From Truepera sp. (lineage in GTDB: Bacteria; Deinococcota; Deinococci; Deinococcales; Trueperaceae): 64,000 nucleotides of DNA. Location of the stretch: the NCBI GenBank assembly GCA_965218435.1, contig CBDCKW010000009.1:3488001-3552000 (forward strand), in the 5' to 3' direction. The notes beneath the pieces are model-generated. The model was not told the origin of the DNA, ran no database searches, and was given only the letters and a program-made list of their open reading frames with translations. Shown in pieces: positions 58,843 through 64,000 of this stretch (positions within the stretch are counted from its first letter, which is position 1; the number at the start of each line of letters is the position of its first letter). The position numbers and the translations under genes were made by a program.

Positions 58843-61613
58843 GGCCCTTAAAACTTGTGCTCAGCGGCTTCACCTGTTTTCGTGAACCGACCGAAGTCAA
58901 TTTTGAAGACCTGGAGCTGTTCGCCATCTCCGGGATGACGGGTTCGGGTAAATCAACGCTTCTGGACGCGATGACCTACGCGCTTTACGGTCAGACGGCT
59001 CGGCTCGGTACCCGCTTGGGCGATACCCTTTTTAGTCCGAATTTAGACAAACTGAGCGTGCAGCTCACCTTTCGGACCGGCGCTGAGACGTACCGGGTCG
59101 CGCGGATTTCTGAGCGTAAAGGCGCACGCGGCCCCAAAAATGAAACGCGCGTCGAGCACCTCGGCCCGGACGCGTCGTGGAAGCAGCTCGCCGACAGTGA
59201 AAAACTTAAAGACGCCGACCGCAAACTTGAAGAGATCGTCGGCCTGACCTACGACAACTTTACCCGCGCGGTCTTGCTCCCGCAGGGCGCGTTTGACCGC
59301 TTTTTACACGCCAAACCCGGCGAGCGCACGAACCTCTTGCGTGACCTGTTGGGCCTATCTATCACCGCCGAGATGCAAAAAAGGGCAAATACCACCGCGA
59401 AAGAGGCCGACCTGCAGGCCAAAGGCATCGAAGAACGCCTGACGCATGACTACGCGGATGTGACCCCTGAGCGAAAACGGGCGCTCAATCAAGAACTCTT
59501 AGAGCTGATGGACGAACAAAAGGCGCTGCTGAGGGCTCGAGGTACGCTCGCGGAACGGGTTCAAGAGCTGAAAGCGTTACAGAGTTTGCTCGAGGAACAA
59601 GCCGGGGTGGGGCGTAAATTGGTGGCGCTCCGGGCACGAGAAGATGAGATGACGCGGGCTAAAGAGCGGTTAGCAAAGGCTAAAGACGCCGAGACGTTGT
59701 TACCTTACCTGAACGACCTCGAGACCCGCCTGCGTAAAGTTCAGACGCTGAGCCGCCAGCAAGAGCAGCTTAAAAACGACCTGCTGGGAGCCGAAACTGC
59801 GCTCGGCAAAGCTCAAACTGCCTTAAAAACTGCTGAAAGTGACGCCCAAACGCTCCCCGACCTCGCTACTCGGATGGAAGGGCTCGCGGAGACGCGGCCC
59901 CTATTGACGCGGCTTAAAAGTCAAGGCGGCTCGTTAAAACTGGCTGAGAATGAGCGAGAACCCTACAGCGAGGCCGCGTGGGACGCGTTGCGGGACCAGC
60001 TGCGGGAGTTGCCGGGGCTCGAGCGGGCACGCGGTGACGTGACCGACATGCAGATGCGCCGCAATCAGGCCCAAACAGAAAAAGAGGAGGTTGCAGCGCA
60101 GCTGCAAAAGGCGCAAACCGCCCTGACTAGACTCACCACCGAAGGCAAAGGAGCCAAAGCTCGCCGTGAACACGCTGAAACCGCCTATGACGAGGCTGTT
60201 CAAGCGGCCCCGGCTGCCGCACTTCGGCCCCACCTGCATGTGGGTGAAGCGTGCCCGGTTTGTGAACAGACGGTCGCCACGCTGCCGCCCTCCATCACGA
60301 ATGACCTGACCGACCTCAAAGCGGCCAGGGACAAAGCTGTGAAGCTTCACGAACAGTTGCAAGAGGCTTATACGGAGCAGCGCACGACCTTAAAAACGCT
60401 CGAGGCCCGCTTGAGTGACGTGTCTGAACGCGCCGCCCGCGCGGAAGAAGACCTGAATCACCGCACCGAATTGCTCAACACCTTGACCGACAAGTTGGGC
60501 GAACGTGAACCGTCTCGGTTACGTGCCAAACTCACGGCCAAACAGCGGGCGCTCTTAGCCGGTTTAGCGGCGAGCATTTTAGAGAAAACCGGGGGCTCGG
60601 ACCCCGAAGCGGCGCACGCCGCGCTGACTCAAGAACGCACCCGGCTCGAGGCTGGGTTGCGGCAGGCACAAACCGCCTTTCACGCGGCGCAGCGCACCGC
60701 CGACCGCCTGAACGCCGAAGCGTTTGGCATCGGTGAACGGTTGGGTGAGGCGGTAGACGCGCAAGCCCAAGCCGACAAAGTATTTGCCGAACTCTTGTCG
60801 CGCACCAGCTTTCCCAACCCGGACGCGCTCCGCGCCGCCGCGCTCCCCGCCGAGCAGCAGCGCACCCTCACGGAGAAAACCGAACGCTACGCGCACGATA
60901 AGGAGCAGCTCTCGAGGCAAGCCCAAGGATTAGACGAGCGGCTGGCTGGCAAAACCCTCGAGCCCGGTGCGTTAGAAATAGCCCGTACCGAACAGGCGCA
61001 GACCGAAACGCGTTTGGGCGAAGTGCAGAGCCGTCTGGGAGCCCTTAAGGGCGAGCTGAAACGTCTAGCAGAACAGCTGGAGACCGCTAAACGCCTCCGC
61101 CAAGAGCGGGGTGAACTCGAGAAAACCGCCGCACTTTACGGCACGCTCTCCCGTGACCTGATGGTCAACAACTTTCCGGCGTATATGTTGGAGCGCGTCC
61201 AGGCCGAACTCGCGCAGCGTGCCTCGGACATCTTAAAGACCGTGACCGAAGGCCGTTACGACCTCTTTTTTCGCGGCGACGAGTACGTCGTGTTGGACGC
61301 CTGGACAGGTTCCGAGCGGAGCGCCCGGACGCTCTCGGGTGGCGAGTCGTTTATCACCTCGCTGGCGCTGGCGTTAGCCCTTTCCGATACGCTCGCCGGG
61401 AGCACGTCTTTAGGCGCACTCTTTTTAGACGAAGGCTTCGGCACGCTCGACGCGGAAACCCTAGAGGGCGTTGCCAAGGTGCTAGAGTCTTTGACCGCGC
61501 ACGGGCGGATGGTCGGCGTGATTACGCACGTCGCTGCCCTGACCGAACGGTTACCGGACAGGCTTATTGTCCACAAAGGGCCGGAAGGGTCGGTGGTGAC
61601 GTGGGAGGTGTAG
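58839..61613 (+). CDS. sbcC: SbcC (Rad50-type SMC ATPase)
   Basis: Walker A GMTGSGKST, Q-loop LLPQG, zinc hook CPVC, LSGGE and LFLDEGFG. Confidence 0.94.
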   Translation: MRPLKLVLSGFTCFREPTEVNFEDLELFAISGMTGSGKSTLLDAMTYALYGQTARLGTRLGDTLFSPNLDKLSVQLTFRTGAETYRVARISERKGARGPKNETRVEHLGPDASWKQLADSEKLKDADRKLEEIVGLTYDNFTRAVLLPQGAFDRFLHAKPGERTNLLRDLLGLSITAEMQKRANTTAKEADLQAKGIEERLTHDYADVTPERKRALNQELLELMDEQKALLRARGTLAERVQELKALQSLLEEQAGVGRKLVALRAREDEMTRAKERLAKAKDAETLLPYLNDLETRLRKVQTLSRQQEQLKNDLLGAETALGKAQTALKTAESDAQTLPDLATRMEGLAETRPLLTRLKSQGGSLKLAENEREPYSEAAWDALRDQLRELPGLERARGDVTDMQMRRNQAQTEKEEVAAQLQKAQTALTRLTTEGKGAKARREHAETAYDEAVQAAPAAALRPHLHVGEACPVCEQTVATLPPSITNDLTDLKAARDKAVKLHEQLQEAYTEQRTTLKTLEARLSDVSERAARAEEDLNHRTELLNTLTDKLGEREPSRLRAKLTAKQRALLAGLAASILEKTGGSDPEAAHAALTQERTRLEAGLRQAQTAFHAAQRTADRLNAEAFGIGERLGEAVDAQAQADKVFAELLSRTSFPNPDALRAAALPAEQQRTLTEKTERYAHDKEQLSRQAQGLDERLAGKTLEPGALEIARTEQAQTETRLGEVQSRLGALKGELKRLAEQLETAKRLRQERGELEKTAALYGTLSRDLMVNNFPAYMLERVQAELAQRASDILKTVTEGRYDLFFRGDEYVVLDAWTGSERSARTLSGGESFITSLALALALSDTLAGSTSLGALFLDEGFGTLDAETLEGVAKVLESLTAHGRMVGVITHVAALTERLPDRLIVHKGPEGSVVTWEV

Positions 61614-61618
61614 ACACT

Positions 61619-62467
61619 GTGAACGCAGTGTTAGACAAGTTGGTCGGACTCCTCTCCGAATTGCCGCAGGTCGAAGCGGTGGCGCTCGGGGGCTCGAGGT
61701 CAGGCGCACACGCCGACGCCGCTTCGGACTTTGACCTTTACATTTGTACGGACGACATCATCCCCTTAGAAACGCGGCGGAGCATCGTGCAAAGGTTGGG
61801 CGGCGCGTCTTGGGACAATCTGGGTCACGACTATTTCGGCGGCGGCGACGAGTGGCATGACGCGGGGACGGGCGGCCACTTTGACGCGATGTACTTTAGC
61901 TTGGAGTGGTTGCGCGAACAAGTCGAGCGTCCGCTCAAACACCATCAGCCGAGTTTAGGCTACACCACGGCGTTTGCCTATACGGTGGACCGTTCTCGCA
62001 TCCTTTACGACCCGCAGGGTAAATTTGCGGCGCTTCAAACACTAGCTTCAGCACCCTACCCTGAGGCGCTTCGAGAGTCCATTGTCCGCTACAACCATCC
62101 CCTTTTACGCGAGACCATCTCGTCGTACTTCGCGCAGCTGACCAAAGCTGTCACTCGTAACGACCTTGTAAGTGTCAACCACCGTTTGGCCGCACTTTTA
62201 GCGAGCTACTTCGATATTCTTTTTGCCGTAAACCGGGCGCTGCAGCCGGGCGAAAAGCGGCTCTTGCAACTTGCCGGAGAGTTGCCGAGCTTGCCGGAAA
62301 ACTTCGGGCGAGACGTAACCACAACGCTTTCTGCAACGGGGGATGAACTTTTGGGCGCTCTAACCCGTCAGTTGGACACGCTTGACGTGTGGCTCACGCG
62401 TGAAGGGTTTGACGTCGCAACCTCAAGGTCGGGTCCGCTCGGGGTAGACCACACGGCGGAAGATTAA
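61619..62467 (+). CDS. Nucleotidyltransferase-domain protein (DUF4037-like)
   Basis: LGGSRS...D..SDFD Pol-beta motif and FAVNR...PGEKR. Confidence 0.82.
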   Translation: MNAVLDKLVGLLSELPQVEAVALGGSRSGAHADAASDFDLYICTDDIIPLETRRSIVQRLGGASWDNLGHDYFGGGDEWHDAGTGGHFDAMYFSLEWLREQVERPLKHHQPSLGYTTAFAYTVDRSRILYDPQGKFAALQTLASAPYPEALRESIVRYNHPLLRETISSYFAQLTKAVTRNDLVSVNHRLAALLASYFDILFAVNRALQPGEKRLLQLAGELPSLPENFGRDVTTTLSATGDELLGALTRQLDTLDVWLTREGFDVATSRSGPLGVDHTAED

Positions 62468-62471
62468 AGTT

Positions 62472-62798
62472 TCACCTCGTTATTCGAGGATCGATCCGGT
62501 CAACATACAGTTTTGCCTCTTTAAGTCCTGCGCCCGTTTCCTGCTGCACGTGTTTGGTGGCCCCCACCTTGTTGCCGCTGTCAACAAGCGTCTGCACCTC
62601 GCGCTGCTGCACTTCAGAAAGCTGAATAGGTGTTGCGGTAGCCGAGCTGCGTTTACGGTAGGACGAACCGACAGCGATAAAAGCAGCACCTAACGCAGTA
62701 AAAACAGCCCCCTGAGCGGTGTCGGCACCTAAAAAATTGACCACTGCAGTTAGAAAAAAGAGTCCGGCTGCAACGTAAAAAAGGGTAGTCTGACGCAC
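62472..62798 (-). CDS. Small membrane protein with ribosomal L7/L12-CTD-like domain
   Basis: Two TM segments, then GNKVGATK.V..ETGAGLKEAK.YVD. Confidence 0.75.
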   Translation of the reverse strand: MRQTTLFYVAAGLFFLTAVVNFLGADTAQGAVFTALGAAFIAVGSSYRKRSSATATPIQLSEVQQREVQTLVDSGNKVGATKHVQQETGAGLKEAKLYVDRIDPRITR

Positions 62799-62976
62799 GA
62801 TGCCTCCTTCGGTTGAGAAGCTGACCTGAGGTTAGCCTTTAGCGACGTTCGTAACACGGTACATCAGCTGCAGGTTACTGAGGTGAGACCGTAGGTGGCG
62901 TGCGGCTTTTACTGATTTTTACGGTTGGGTTGCTGCGCTCGAGGTCACCCCTCAGCTGCTCGAGGTAAGCTGGCTC

Positions 62977-63495
62977 ATGCTGGACAAATCACCATTACTG
63001 CGCTTCGGTAATGACCCGGCCTCGGTAAAGGCGGCGCTGGAGCATGAATATACGGCGTTTGGGGCGCTTCCGGCGGCGCTCGCCGAGGTTTGGTTAACGC
63101 CATATCAGCCGGGCAAGTGGTCACCCGCGCAGGTGACCGAACACGTCCTCAAGGTCAACGTCGGGATAAGTAAAACGCTCTATCTGCTCCGCCGTGACGC
63201 GCCGCTACCCGAGCAGCCGCGGACACCGGGCGTTTTAAGAGACGGTAAAGCACAAGCACCTGAGTTCTCACAACCGGGGGCAGGGCTCGCTTGGACGGCG
63301 CTCGAACCGGGGTGGCTCGAGAGCAAGACCCGCTTTTTAGCCGAGGCCGCACAAGCCCGGGTTACGCCAGCCGGTGAGTCCGGGCGCACCTGGTTTCACC
63401 CTTACTTTGGCGACCTGAACGCGTTTGGTTGGCAGCAGGCGGCGGCCTTTCATATGGCGCATCACCGTAAACAGCTGCGCGGGTTGACAAGCTAG
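62977..63495 (+). CDS. DinB family protein
   Basis: PGKWSPAQVTEH, HPYFG and HMAHHRKQ motifs. Confidence 0.88.
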   Translation: MLDKSPLLRFGNDPASVKAALEHEYTAFGALPAALAEVWLTPYQPGKWSPAQVTEHVLKVNVGISKTLYLLRRDAPLPEQPRTPGVLRDGKAQAPEFSQPGAGLAWTALEPGWLESKTRFLAEAAQARVTPAGESGRTWFHPYFGDLNAFGWQQAAAFHMAHHRKQLRGLTS

Positions 63496-63710
63496 AGCCT
63501 CGTCGGGGTCTGCAAAGTCTCGGGGTCTGTAAAGTCTGTGGTAGAGCTCAATGTTTCGGTGCCGGGTTCGGTAAATTTAGGCACTGCCGATGTGGTATAA
63601 ATTTACCATATTGCGTATAGCCGAGCTTAAAGCGCCGCTTTAGCAAACCTTTAGAACATACTAGACGCCGCAGAGCAGTACGTCTGCAGCACATCTAAAG
63701 AGGCCGGGAG

Positions 63711-64000
63711 GTGTGTATCAACTCTATAACGGAGTCCGATGAGCAGCTGATTTTGCAAATGGCTGCGCGTGACGAGGCGGCTCTCGCTGAACTCTATCGG
63801 CGCTACGGGCCTTATCTGGCGGCGCTTTCTAAGCGCATGTTGGGCGACAGCGGCGACGTGCAAGGATGTGTTCAAGACGCCTTTGTGCGGGCTTGGGAAG
63901 CGGCGGAGCGTTTTGATCCGGCGCGGGCGAGTGCCAAGACGTGGCTCGTAACGATCGGTCACCGCATTGCGATCAATAAGCTGCGCGGGCGGCGGCCCAC
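63711..64000 (+). CDS. ECF sigma factor (SigK-like), 5' part; runs off the window
   Basis: Not in the ORF track. Manual translation gives SDEQLILQMAARDEAALAELYRRY...VQDAFVRAW..AERFDPARASAKTWLVTIGHRIAINKLR. Start uncertain. Confidence 0.88.
   Translation, partial: MCINSITESDEQLILQMAARDEAALAELYRRYGPYLAALSKRMLGDSGDVQGCVQDAFVRAWEAAERFDPARASAKTWLVTIGHRIAINKLRGRRP

Noticed and set aside
57631..62467. sbcD-sbcC-nucleotidyltransferase as a novel anti-phage system
   Set aside because: SbcCD is canonical with a zinc hook, and the NTase resembles common DUF4037 proteins; adjacency alone is insufficient.
63651..63962. ORF-track ORFs 63651-63962 (minus) and 63769-63951 (plus)
   Set aside because: Shadows of the partial ECF sigma factor frame.

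Overview
High-GC bacterial chromosome, most likely Deinococcota (Trueperaceae-like). This is inferred from the short Deinococcus/Thermus-type Mfd, many leaderless TANNNT-N5-7-start genes and a strong excess of CTCGAG. Most of the window is housekeeping or metabolic: partial clcA, a WYL regulator with two SDRs, ppgK, FGE, FprA, nth-like, rsmI, mfd, era, a rhamnose/lactate operon, P450, a sugar ABC transporter, sbcDC and a partial ECF sigma. The most interesting part is an accessory block at about 10.7-23.1 kb, bordered by IS5 debris and long non-coding spacers. There, an AfsR/SARP-like STAND regulator (wHTH-BTAD-NTPase-TPR) sits among four genes that each carry the same promoter architecture, GGTCGG-N5-GGTCGG-N11-(T/C)ANNNT. 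The four genes encode a stand-alone acyl-CoA-synthetase C-terminal domain with the catalytic Lys changed to Arg, a secreted HExxH-less metallopeptidase-like protein, a giant NHL/Ig-repeat lipoprotein and a catalytically degenerate EAL protein. This looks like an undescribed local regulon built largely of pseudo-enzymes. Also noted: a WYL operator with PafBC-like spacing, a candidate C-rich-loop sRNA, decayed toxin-antitoxin genes (vapC broken by a 7-bp duplication) and a MITE-like element. All calls are by eye from motifs; no database searches were run.
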